NCBI GenBank assembly: GCA_043228905.1 | Contig: JBHGNT010000002.1 | Coordinates: 1,798,001-1,862,000 of the forward strand | Reading direction: 5' to 3' | DNA from: Azolla caroliniana | Lineage: Eukaryota; Plantae; Polypodiophyta | DNA length: 64,000 nucleotides | Part shown: positions 1 to 11,419 of the stretch, in pieces | Layout of the letters: every line of letters starts with the position of its first letter | Position numbering within the stretch: position 1 is the first letter of the stretch | Program-made: the position numbers and the translations under genes | The notes under the pieces: model-generated | Databases searched by the model: none | Seen by the model: the letters and a program-made list of their open reading frames with translations, nothing else | Told to the model about the DNA's origin: nothing

Positions 1-95
1 GTACAATATTCAGTTGTCTTTTGTTTTTTTTGTAGTTCCTAGCCTAAATACCTAATCTATGAGCTGAGAATTAAGATATGAGGCGTTATGTACAG

Positions 96-867
96 GAAGA
101 AGTTCTGTTCAGTACGAATCTTCTTAGTATTCCCTTGCTTTTTATACCAATGGTCGGTACACAGGAAATATGGAGTGCTTGGAAAAGTGGTTTAGAGGTA
201 TATCTCGCTTTTTCTCTTTACATGCACACATCATCCATCCATTACACATATCTTCAGCATTGTCTTGGTTTCAACATCACCTCAGAAAGCAGTGGGAAAC
301 AAATAAATCCACACATTGCTGAGCAGTTTATATATAATTTTGTTGCATATTTGAGTTCCTTATGTTTCCTGCGTAACTTAGAATTGTCACTCAAATAAAC
401 CCTTTAATCATCTTGATTGCTAATATGTTTTTATCTCTGCAGTATCCTGAAGTCTATATACTAATATCTGCAGCTTCTGTGGCCACTTATATTGGGCAAT
501 TGGCAATCCTTGCTCTCATAGCTCTTTTTGGGGCAGCCTCAGCATACATGGTACACTAAGTCATATGGTGGATTTCTGTCCTTTCAAGTAAATTCAGTTT
601 TACCATATACGGCAATGGCCTTTCAAAAGTAAACGTTTGAACCTTCTTTCTCCTGTGCAGGTCACTTCCTTACGCAAAGCATTTACTCTATGCCTTTCAT
701 ATTTAATTTTTACAAAGCCGTTCAAAATTGCACATTTATTTGGTATTGTGCTGATTTTCCTTGCACTAAGCTGGAAAATAGTTTGGAAACCAAAGAAGCA
801 AGAAGGTGAGAGTCGGACTGAAACAGAACCAATCATGAATTCAAAGAGTTCACCATTATCACCTTGA
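96..867 (+). CDS. 3' part of a UAA-family (SLC35B / UDP-galactose/UDP-glucose transporter 2/4-like) nucleotide-sugar transporter; the gene starts before the window
   Basis: In-phase GT-AG exons 96-197 (EEVLFSTNLLSIPLLFIPM...), 443-550 (YPEVY...GQLAILALIALFGAASAYM) and 661-867 (VTSLRKAFTLCLSYLIFTKPF...stop). The 'TxxRKAxTLxLSYLIFTKP' motif is typical of plant UTr2/UTr4 and PAPST2-like proteins. Confidence 0.85.
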
Positions 868-1358
868 AAGTCACAAAGGTGTCATAATTATGTCTACCTC
901 GGTGTCAATGTTTGCATAACGCAAGCTGAGGAAAACCTATAGTAACCTATATTGGATCATGTAAGCAGCGGGTTTAACGCTTGAAAGAACTTACCTGCAC
1001 GACATGTAAAAGTTTTACTAATTGTCGAAAATGTACCATGGGGTCACTCACTCAAATACCATTATATAATTGTATTTCAAATTGACAACCATATTCTAGG
1101 CAAATCACTCATTACATTTATTGTTGGTCTAAACGTGTTCATTACTTTTTGGGAGCATCATCTTAAAAATCTGCTAGGTCAGGGGCCATCGTGTAATGAG
1201 GTTATGTAAGTCATTGTATTATCAGCTTCTGTTAAACCAATCTTAAGAATACAATAATGTTAAACCAATCTTAAGAAGACAATAATGATGCCATGGTCCT
1301 CAGTTTCAAGAATATTTTAACATATGGTAGAAGCAAAGTTCTCTCTTTGGGTGCATGT

Positions 1359-1581
1359 TTACAAACCAATGTCATGATAGATCCATGTTTATGTTCACAT
1401 CATGCTCTTGTTCACTTAATAATGTAAGTCCAAGAGATTATTATATCCATTCCATACAATGTCGGGATAGATCCATGTTTATTACAAACCAATGTCGTGA
1501 TAGATCCATGTTTATGTTCACATCATGCTCTTGTTCACTTAATAATGTAAGTCCAAGAGATTATTATATCCATTCCATACA
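1359..1581. repeat. Tandem duplication, period ~123 bp
   Basis: ttacaaaccaatgtc...ccattccataca starts at 1359 and again at 1482, nearly identical. Confidence 0.9.
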
Positions 1582-1804
1582 TAGATGTACATGAGAGATG
1601 CATTGATCTTACAACACATCCAATCACAAGGAAGAGAAAAAAACACTAGGCAAACTGGCAAACTATGCTTACTAGACTGATATCTAATAAATTCTACAAA
1701 TGTGTGAGATATATATATAGTAACTTTTGGGTAATGCCTCAATTAAATTTTAGTACAATAGAATCTCAATTCTTTTGCAGCATGCTAAATTTGTCCTACC
1801 TCAG

Positions 1805-2652
1805 TTTAGCATGCTATGGAGGGTGCAATGACATTGCAAGTGGATTGGTCAGAAAGGATCAATCTTAGAAACAGTTTAGGGTTTAGGGGGCTGCAAAAGG
1901 CCCCCAATAGATCTCTTCTTGGTCATATGAAACCTTTCTTATGATCCTTTACCGCCACAGCATCTAATGTTCCTCTAACAATGTGTTAAGTCTTTGACCC
2001 TTCAAGAACCATCAAATGTCTATGATAATGGATGAATGATCTATCCAATGATACAGATAATGGGGGTTGGACAATGCCCCCGAATAGATCTCTTCTTGTC
2101 TTATGAAACCTTTCTTATGATCCTTTACCACCACAGCATCTAATGTTCCTCTAACAATGTGGTACCTCTCATGTGGCAAGTCTTTGACCCTTCCACCTCT
2201 CACAAGAACCACCAAACGTTCCACCACAGTTAGCATGCTATGGAGGGTGCAATGACATTGCAAGTGGATTGGTCAGAAAGGATCAATCTTAGAAACAGTT
2301 TAGGGTTTAGGGGGCTGCAAAAGGCCCCCAATAGATCTCTTCTTGGTCATATGAAACCTTTCTTATGATCCTTTACCGCCACAGCATCTAATGTTCCTCT
2401 AACAATGTGTTAAGTCTTTGACCCTTCAAGAACCATCAAATGTCTATGATAATGGATGAATGATCTATCCAATGATACAGATAATGGGGGTTGGACAATG
2501 CCCCCGAATAGATCTCTTCTTGTCTTATGAAACCTTTCTTATGATCCTTTACCACCACAGCATCTAATGTTCCTCTAACAATGTGGTACCTCACATGTGG
2601 CAAGTCTTTGACCCTTCCACCTCTCACAAGAACCACCAAACGTTCCACCACA
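1805..2652. repeat. Two-copy 424-bp tandem duplication containing rps12-derived pieces
   Basis: tagcatgctatggagggtgc at 1807 and 2231. Each unit also holds two internal copies of atagatctcttctt...catctaatgttcctctaacaatgtg. Confidence 0.9.
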
Positions 2653-3205
2653 GCATCTAATGTTCCTCTAACGATGTGGTACCTCACATGTGGCAAGTCT
2701 TTGACCCTTCCACCTCTCACAAGAACCACCAAACGTTCCACCACAGCATCTAATGTTCCTCTAACGATGTGGTACCTCACATGTGGCAAGTCTTTGACCC
2801 TTCCACCTCTCACAAGAACCACCAAACGTTCCACCACAGCATCTAATGTTCCTCTGACAATGTGGTACCTCACATGTGGCAAGTCTTTGACCCTTCCACC
2901 TCTCACAAGAACCACCAAACGTTCCACCACAGCATCTAATGTTCCTCTGACAATGTGGTACCTCACATGTGGCAAGTCTTTGACCCTTCCACCTCTCACA
3001 AGAACCACCAAACGTTCCACCACAGCATCTAATGTTCCTCTAAAAATGTGATACCTCACATCTGGCAAGTCTTTTCTTGCACATCTCACAAGAACAACCA
3101 AATGTTCCTGCAAATTATAGCCAATGCATGCTATATATGTGGTTACCTCAAACTTTGACATTAATAGAACTCCAGAGACTTTAGGGCGGAGTTAGCAACT
3201 TGTAG
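2436..3205 (-). pseudogene. rps12: Nuclear copy (NUPT-like) of plastid-type rps12 exon 2, internally amplified as a 93-bp (31-codon) tandem array
   Basis: Translation NSAL...[23 protein letters not shown]...[26 protein letters not shown] matches plastid S12 ([64 protein letters not shown]). Five near-identical 93-bp units at ~2555-3019 plus one diverged unit. Confidence 0.85.
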
Positions 3206-3587
3206 CACATTTGCTCAAATCATATCACAACAGATTTAGAAAAAGAAAATATCAAATTACTTAGTCATAAAATATTAGATCATTTTACACCATGTTATGT
3301 TGAAATGGTAGACGCCCATGGGTGGGTTGGCAATGAGAAGAGAAGATCTTCATTATCTTTTCTGAGTTCTGTATCTTTTCAATGGATCTACAGTCACTGC
3401 TAATCTAGATCTTATCTTCATTTCATACACCTAGATAAGCTGTAACAATGCTAAACATTAATTAGGTTACACAAAAAACATCAGGAAGTAGCTGCGTAGT
3501 GTCTGTTAGAAGTTTATAAATAGTGGTATGATTTAAAAGAATAACATGTGGTCTTTCACACTTAGCCTGTAGTATTTGTGTGCCTAA

Positions 3588-6500
3588 TTACTCAAACGCC
3601 CACTGATTTTCCTTCCGAACCTCTTCCTCTTCCTCGGGAGTAAAATCATTCACAATATTGAAAATCCTTCTGATCTCTTCAGGTGTTTTGTTCTTGATCA
3701 TGTCAGCCACAGTTTGGCATGTTAGGTCCAAAAGTTCTTTAATATTCAAATAGTTGGCAGCCTGCAATGGAAATCAAATTCGTACAAACATGAAGTTACT
3801 ATTCTAGTTAGACATGCCAAATATGAAGAAATAGAACATGAGAACTGCAAGAAATCAAAATTCTCAAAAACCAGATGTGATGCTAAAATAAACCGATCTT
3901 GGGCAAAACTTCCTCGGGAATCTCTCATAATACAGACACATCATATGTACTGTGCGCAAAGAAAGCCATGGATGTTTCTACCTAGTTTCAGATTATGAAA
4001 TATCTCCAAATAACCAACAATGATGGGTGGGGGGGGAGAAGGCAGAGGTGTTTATCGTGAGAAATGCTGCTTCGGGTCCATATGGCCTGGGTATAGTTGT
4101 TCACCCAACAAATGATGAATCAAGGGATGAAATCCACTGTCCATGGCAAGGTTGGCGGATACTGGCTTTAAGGAAACCTCTGACAAGCCAGGTATGGGGC
4201 AGGTAGTGGGATCCGTGGAGAGAAAGGGAAATTTGTTTGAGTTGACTGAACTAGTTGTGAACGAGTGAAGCAGCATAGCGGGTAGTCCGCTTTGGCATCA
4301 ACACTTCAAGTACCAAGCATTCCCATATAACAGAAGATGCACGCAGACAAAATTGTGCATAGTATGCCCAACTGAACTAGTTGTGAACGAGTGAAGCAGC
4401 ATAGTGGGTACTCCGCTTTGGCATCAACACTTCAAGTACCAAGCATCCTTATATAACAGAAGATGCACGCAGACAAAATTGTGCATAATATGCCCAGACT
4501 GGCAGGAGTATTGTGGAGAAGTGAAGCTTGTGCAATGGACAAGCAACATCAGAAGTTTTTTTGGCAAGAGATTGAGAACAGCATGAAGTCTCCACTGAGT
4601 AGGTCCATGCCCACCTCTGCAAAAAGATGAAAACAAACATGTGGGGCAAATTAACATCATTTTACTTTATCATCAATGAATATTATAGAATGATGTGGGT
4701 GTATTTCCTTAAGAAGGAATCAAACATGAAACGGTCTTCAGATAGATCCAGAAGAAAAGTTCCCATGGAATAGGTTTGAGGAGTAAATCAAAGTCAGCCA
4801 ATGACTCCATACACCACCAGCAGAATGGCAGAATTAGACTATAATTGAAATGGCCCGATGTATGTTCAAAGAAGTAGAATTTTATTCTACTGAGCTGGGT
4901 GGTTAAAATTGTTGTCTACATCCTCAACATGAATTTCACATCGGCCATGAAGAAGATGACTTTATTGAGGCCTATTTGGGGAGGTAAGTTTGGCCACACA
5001 TCTTTAAAACGTGTTGATGCATACTGTATGTGCATTGTCTGACAGTTGTACAACTAAATTGGCCACCAAGAGCAGGAGATGAACCTTCATCAGAGCCAAC
5101 CTGGAGCCCAAGCCCGATTGTTTCTATAATTCAGCTGAAAAGGGTCATTCTCATATAGGACATCAAATTCAATGAAGGTCTGCATATCTCAGAGAGTGGA
5201 AGGCCTGAGATATCAAGAGGAAGGTATCTAACAGACCCCCAAATAGAGGTACTTTCTCCCATAGATAATGATTACTCAAAGGATTTGGTTACCATTGGAC
5301 AACCAGATCCAGCTCAAGCAAGGCTATATCTAAAATGGGTGAAACATCTCTGTGACATTGGATTGGTCCTTATTGAACATTAGGCGGAAGATCTGAGAAG
5401 GTAAAGGATGTTAAGAGGAACAAGCATAGTGGTACCACTTAGAAGATCAAATTGTAAACCTGATATTGGATCAGATATCCTTGAAGATCATGAGAGGCCA
5501 AGTCCAATGGAGGAAGCAATGAAAGATCCTCAGTGGAAGTAGACAGGTGAGTATTATCTTGGGAGTACATTGGATAATCAGACATGAAACTTAGTTGATA
5601 GATGAAACAAAAAGATCATTGGGACAAAGTGAGACTGGAAAACTAAGTACAAAGCTGATGTGTTTGTGGATAAACACAAACCAAGATTAATGACCAAAGA
5701 ATATGCACATTAGAATAACGTCAATTTTGAGGAGATGTTTTCCTGAGTACAAGGACTGGAACTTGGGTTCTTGTAGTGTCTACCACACAGAACTAACCAA
5801 ATTACCACATAGATGTTAAATCTGCTTTCCTGGGTGGATATTTACTGGAGAAGGCATTTCTGAAATAACACCAGGATTCACACTACTTGACTCAGAAGAT
5901 CGTGCCTTAAGGATGTGCAAACTCTGTATGAGTTGAAGTACACAAGAAGCAGGTTTAGGAAATGTCAAACCAGCACATCTATATATTTCAACGCAGATGT
6001 GATTAGAGTATCATCCTTGCGTTGTGTGTGGACAACTTGGTCGGAACTGTAGCACAGAAGAACATCTTGGTCAGCTCAAGTGGAAGCCGAGTTCTGTGTT
6101 CAAGATGATAAATCTGGATTTGCGCCAATTTTTATCTGAGACTAGAGGTGAATCAGAGAGACAAAAGAAGTATTTGTCTCTGAGATCAAGTATGTCACTT
6201 AATGTTCCTTTCATAAATGTAATCAGCTAGACATACCAATTTGAGAGAACTAGTCCTATGAATTGTCTAGTCAAAATTTGCAAAAACAAGCAATCTACAA
6301 GAAAGAAGAAAATAAGGAAGGACAGGATATCTAAGACCAGAAACATCCGAAGGGAAACAGCATAACCAATATGAAAGAAGATCACGTTGGTTCTTCTATC
6401 AATCTGCTATCTAATAACAGCTGGCACAATCTATCAAACCGCAAGAAAGAAAAACAAAGAAATTGAAACTCGAAAAAACAAATTGGTTATAGGAAAGTCA

Positions 6501-6951
6501 AATGCGAGAGATCTACAACCAGAAACGATGGGCTAAAGAGAAACGACGAGAGTCGGAGAAACGGGAGGCATACCAAGATGAGATCGAAGAGCGTTTGCTG
6601 ATCAATGTTTACAAAACCTGTGTCAAAAGCCTTGACATCATCATCAGAGGGGCCTGATGCGGATCCTTCCCCGCCGTCGTTTGCAGCAGCAGCTGAAGAA
6701 GAAGAAGCAGATGATGAAGAAGAAGTAGTAGCAGCAGTAGATGAAGAAGAGAGATCCTTGACATTAACATGGAACTTGCAGTATTCGATGATCTTGGCAA
6801 GGATCTTTCCAGAGACATTTGGCAGGGGGATGGGGACGCCACTGCCTGTGTCTTCCACCATGTTCTTGATGAAATCGGACTGAAACGCCACGCCTTCTTC
6901 CACCTCAAACAGCTCGTCATCAGAGCTTCGAAGCTTGATTCTTTTCACCAT
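3588..6951 (-). CDS. SKP1: SKP1/ASK-like SCF E3 ligase adaptor, 2 exons, 183 aa
   Basis: Exon 1 6951-6574 ([17 protein letters not shown]...[21 protein letters not shown]...QQTLFDLIL); exon 2 3761-3588 ([57 protein letters not shown]). GT-AG intron at the conserved LIL/AANYL position. Confidence 0.97.
4240..5950 (+). mobile_element. Heavily degenerate Ty1/Copia internal region (pre-integrase, integrase, RT remnants) in the SKP1 intron, antisense to the gene
   Basis: Frameshifted motifs: [17 protein letters not shown], TPYxxQQNG-like, AMKDPQW, [14 protein letters not shown], [11 protein letters not shown]. Includes a ~126-bp tandem duplication (4246/4372). Confidence 0.75.
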
Positions 6952-9900
6952 AGCTCGCTATCTCGCTGTCCAAAAACACAGAGAGACAGAGAGAGAATTA
7001 CATACAGAGACTTTTTACACATAGAGAGAAACAGTTTAATTTGTGTGTGTGAAAAAAGGAAGAAAAAATGTCACGTAGTTAAGTTATTAGATGAGGAAGA
7101 CACATGATTTTTGGCATGTGGGAAATCATTTGTTTTCTATTGCCATGAAGAAGGTTGGCCCCAATTGATCCAAAGCCACTAGGAGCTCAATTGATCGGTC
7201 ATCGGTGTATAGATATATACTATTAATCTGTCCATTCGCGACCCCAAAATTATCTACGGGACAAGGTCAAGCCAACAACAAGGATCGAGTTTCGGTTCTG
7301 TCAAATCTATGTTTTTGATGCTTCTACTTGGAGCTTGACCGATTGATGTATAAACATATGCTATTAATCTGTCCCTTAGCGACCAAATATTTATCTATAG
7401 GATAGGGCCAAGCCGACAAGGATCGAGCTTCAGTTCTATCAAATCTATGCTTTTGATGCTTCTGAGTATAAACCACCAAGTTGTTGCCAAAGATCCTTAT
7501 AATTAAATCATTTGTAGGTAATGGTAGCTTATGAGGAGGGCGCAAAAGTCCTTAGGATAACTTGTATATGTCATTTCATCCATAGGTTTTGGCAACGAAC
7601 TAGTGCAAAGGTAATTGTTGTTAGGAAGAGCGATGATCTAGAGACTTATTATGTTGACTTAGAAGGCTTCGTTAATATGTAGCTCTATAGGTAACGAGAG
7701 ATGGAGAATACCCTAGCAATGATCTACAGACTTATTAAGTTGACTTAAAAGCCTTCGAGAGATTGATAATCTAAAGATTTATCGTGTTGATGTCAAGCCT
7801 CATTGATTGTTAATGAGAGAATCTGGAGAATTATTATGTTAATGTATAAGGCTTCATTAATGAACGGTGAGAGAGAGAGAGAGAGTTGTAATGACTTCAA
7901 TTAAGTATTGCATATATTGAGGTTTGAACCTTGGACCTTGGTGTGTTGGTAGAAACTTGGCATAGCACTAGGCTATATACGAAAAGTAAATGATGTTCAA
8001 AAGTGGTATGGAGATCCCTAAGTGGTAAGCATTCATGGGAGCTAGATGGTAAACATGCATAAGACTAAGAGTACTATACGTAATGAAGATCTCAATGTTG
8101 TCAAATATTTTTAGTGGTAAATTTGTAGGTCTTGTTCTTCTCATCTACAATCAAATTCACGTGCTTTAGCCCGTGACACATGGCATAAACCACATCTATG
8201 ATATAGTGGTTTTTTCCTTCCGTTACATCATTTTGTTGCGGTATCTATCGACAAATGAATGGGTGAAGGATTCCTACTCATTCAAGGAATGCTGCAAATT
8301 CTGTGGATACATGTTCTCCATGTTGTCAAGCCAAAGATACTAGACTTTCTAGCATGTCACATTCTTGAGAAGACACTTGAAATTTGGATGTGTGCGAACA
8401 TTTTTCTCTTTTCCCACATGGATAGACCCATGTGCGATGAGACTAATTGTCACTGAGAGTAACATGGTATTGAAATCCACAAAATATTGCAATTTGTGTG
8501 GGTCCCTACACGTTCAAGTGAATGAAATCTAAGACTCTACTACTAAAGTGTGTTTTATTTGGAAAAAGGATGGGAATGTTGTTTTCATGGTTGGCCAACT
8601 TCAAACCCCCATTTATTTGCATCTATTTGAAAGGTGAGGTGCCTATGACAACTCCTTTCAATTGTAATTTATACAACCTTTGGAGATCAATGTGACCAAG
8701 TCAATTATGTCTCAACCTCTCCCTCATTGAAGCATAAAACCAATGAACAACCAAATGTCCTTGGACATTAGGCTTCAAAGTCACATGTTGTGCAAAAGCA
8801 ATTAAGAAGATAAGAGCATGTGAGTTACCATGACTAGAAGTTATGGACAATATACATTTGACTCTAGGCTCCCTTCGACTCCGGCCTCCCTTCGACTCTG
8901 CGCTTTGTTCGACTCTAGTGATCTATTGAGTATGAGGGTCATTTGACTCTAGAGACCCTTCGACACCTACGAGCATACAAGCCTCCCATCATCCACACCC
9001 TCTTAGCCATTGTGTTCTACCTAGTCCAAGACCCTTTGTGGTCCTGCTGGAGTAGCTCACTCACACACATTTTCGCGATAATGTGCCATATTTACATCAA
9101 GCACCACACTACCAATCTTACTAAATAAGAGTGAATGGTAGATCACTCATGTAATATATGTAAAGGGCTTGAACATTATGTTTATAAATAGATGACTAGC
9201 TACATGCATGTCTCTTAGGTTCCATTACATCATGAGAAGAAGAAGAGCATGTTTTCATAATGAATCATGCAACAACATGAAGCAACTTGCCCCTATAATT
9301 TTGCAATGAACCGATACCATTGTCAAACAACGTAGCTTGTATGAATAAACCAAGACCATATCAACAACAAAAATTAGCCCAATCTTGAACAAGTTCAATC
9401 ATTGCGCATGTCAACAATCCACGATTAGCTACTTGGCAGCTCATATATATTACGCGATTGATCTATCGGCTCCAAGTAAACGCCAAGTGATTGGTAGCAT
9501 CAACAACACGATACTTCAACACCGAGGTGCAATATGATGATAATCTAGGTCCATACGAGAGACATACGTAACAATGAAATCACCGGAAAGACAAGCTCCC
9601 ATGGCCTCGTGCTGCTCTATTTTCTTATAGAATGAATCGGACCGAATGTCGGACAAGACATTAACATATGTTTGGAGGAATGGTTTTGGGAAGGGGGGGG
9701 GGGGGGGGGGGTATGGTAGTGCTGTAAGTGGAGCTAAATTAAAATGAATGCACCAGCGATGTGGTGGTGTCTGCAGAGCAGAGCGATTGTTGTGGGAAGA
9801 AATGAGTGCGTGCCACGATCGCGCAGCGAAGGTAAGCCATTACCCCTTCCTTGTTTCTCGCTTTCCTGGGAGGTGCCATTTGCTATGTCCGTTGATTCAG

Positions 9901-10237
9901 ATCTCGTAGGAATCAGAAATCACAACGATGACGATGACGATAATGATAAGGCTTCCCTGCCTACCAGAAAGCATGGATGGCTCTCGTGATGTAAAATAGG
10001 AAAATTTCAAGACCTGTTTTGAAATACATAGGGTTATATATGAGACTTGGAATCACAGAAAGAAGACACAGCACAGGTAAGGCACTCTCTATTTCAAAAC
10101 ATCTGGTGAATGGAACAGATTGATCAAGCATAAGGAATTCTTGCGACATGTACCGTTCTCTAGATATCTGTTTCGATCAAGAAAGGTTTCAACAGCGGCT
10201 AGAAGGTTATGGAGTTAACCATGTAAACTTTCAGTTT

Positions 10238-10830
10238 TCTTCCAAAAGGATCGAATTTCAAGACTTGATGTAAGGAGAGAATTCCAAAAGGATCAAATTT
10301 CAAGGCTTGTTTCCGGAAGAGTCTTCGTAAGGATTAGTTTTCATGACTCGTTTTAAGAAGAGTCTTCCTAAAGGGTAAAAGGAAGAGATTGTCGAAAGGA
10401 TCAAATTTCAAGTATCTTTAGAGACTTCCAAAAGGATCATTTCAAGTCTCATTTTAGGAAGAAATTTCCAAAAAAACCATCTTCAAGACAATGAACAAAT
10501 TTCAAGACTCTTTTTAGTAAAAGATTTCTAAGAGGATCATCATCAAGATTTGTTCTTTACAAAGAGACTTCCAAAGGGATCATTTTCAAGACTTGTTAAG
10601 GAAGAGACCTCCAAAAGGATCATTTTGAAGACTTGTTTTAGGAAGAGGTGTCCAAAAGGATCGATTTTTAAGACTCATTTTGAAAAGAAAACTCTGGAAA
10701 GATCATTGTCAAGTCTTGTTTTTATGGAAGGGAACCCCAAAGGGCTTATTTTCAAGTTTATCTCGGAAAAACTTCGAAGATGATCAATTTTTGAGATTCT
10801 TTTTAGGAAGAGATTTACAAAGCTTCCAAA
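10238..10830. repeat. Degenerate ~41-bp minisatellite, about 14 units
   Basis: Recurrent unit approximating gagacttccaaaaggatcattttcaagacttgttttaggaa. Confidence 0.8.
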
Positions 10831-11029
10831 CTTGTTTCTCTGATTTTGCATGTTCTTATTGAAGGGGTCCTCCAAATGATTGTTTCCTCCAACCTTTAGT
10901 CATCTCTGTTGATCAAAGACTATTGAGACAGATCTCTGAAATCAGAAATCGTAAAGGTATCACCATGCTATTTCTTGGGGCCTTCTGTTGATTTAATAAA
11001 GGGATTGGAAACAATTTGATAGAAAGTGT

Positions 11030-11410
11030 TTGAAAACAGTTTTGACATAAAAAGATACCAGAAACAGTTTGATCAAGATAAGATGACAGAAGCATTCAGT
11101 CAGATGAAGATTAGTAAGAAAATGATTCATAATTTGTTTGATCAGGAAAGAATTTCATTAGCAGGTTGAACTGGAAAAGGTATTATTTGCAGTTTGATCA
11201 GGTAAAGGTATCATTAGCAGTTTGATCAGGAAAAGGTATCATCAGCAGTTTGATCAGAAAAAGTTATCATTAGCAGTTTCATAAAAAAGATATCATTAAC
11301 ATTTCGATAAGAAAATTATGTCAGAATCAGTTCGATAAAAAAACATATCAGAATTAGTTTGATAAAAAATAGGCGTAGAAGAAGTTACATCAAGAAAAGG
11401 TATCAGAAAC
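11030..11410. repeat. Degenerate ~27-bp minisatellite ending just upstream of the AP5B1 ATG
   Basis: Recurrent cagtttgatcaggaaaaggtatcattag, about 12 decayed units. Confidence 0.8.
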
Positions 11411-11419
11411 TTAGAAGGC

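Noticed and set aside
2555-3050. 93-bp array as a CRISPR-like array
   Set aside because: Units are contiguous and near-identical with no unique spacers, the DNA is eukaryotic, and there are no cas genes.
2581-3051. 156-aa plus-strand ORF as an independent gene
   Set aside because: It is the antisense shadow of the rps12-derived repeat and is open simply because one stop-free unit is repeated.
6605-7107. Overlapping ORFs on SKP1 exon 1
   Set aside because: Shadow frames of a GC-richer low-complexity exon.
9150-9660. Possible PIF/Harbinger transposase remnant (minus-strand VAxCCMIH-like motif)
   Set aside because: Only one short degenerate motif; no TIR or TSD found.
10550-10875. Short ORFs in the 41-bp array
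   Set aside because: By-products of the minisatellite.
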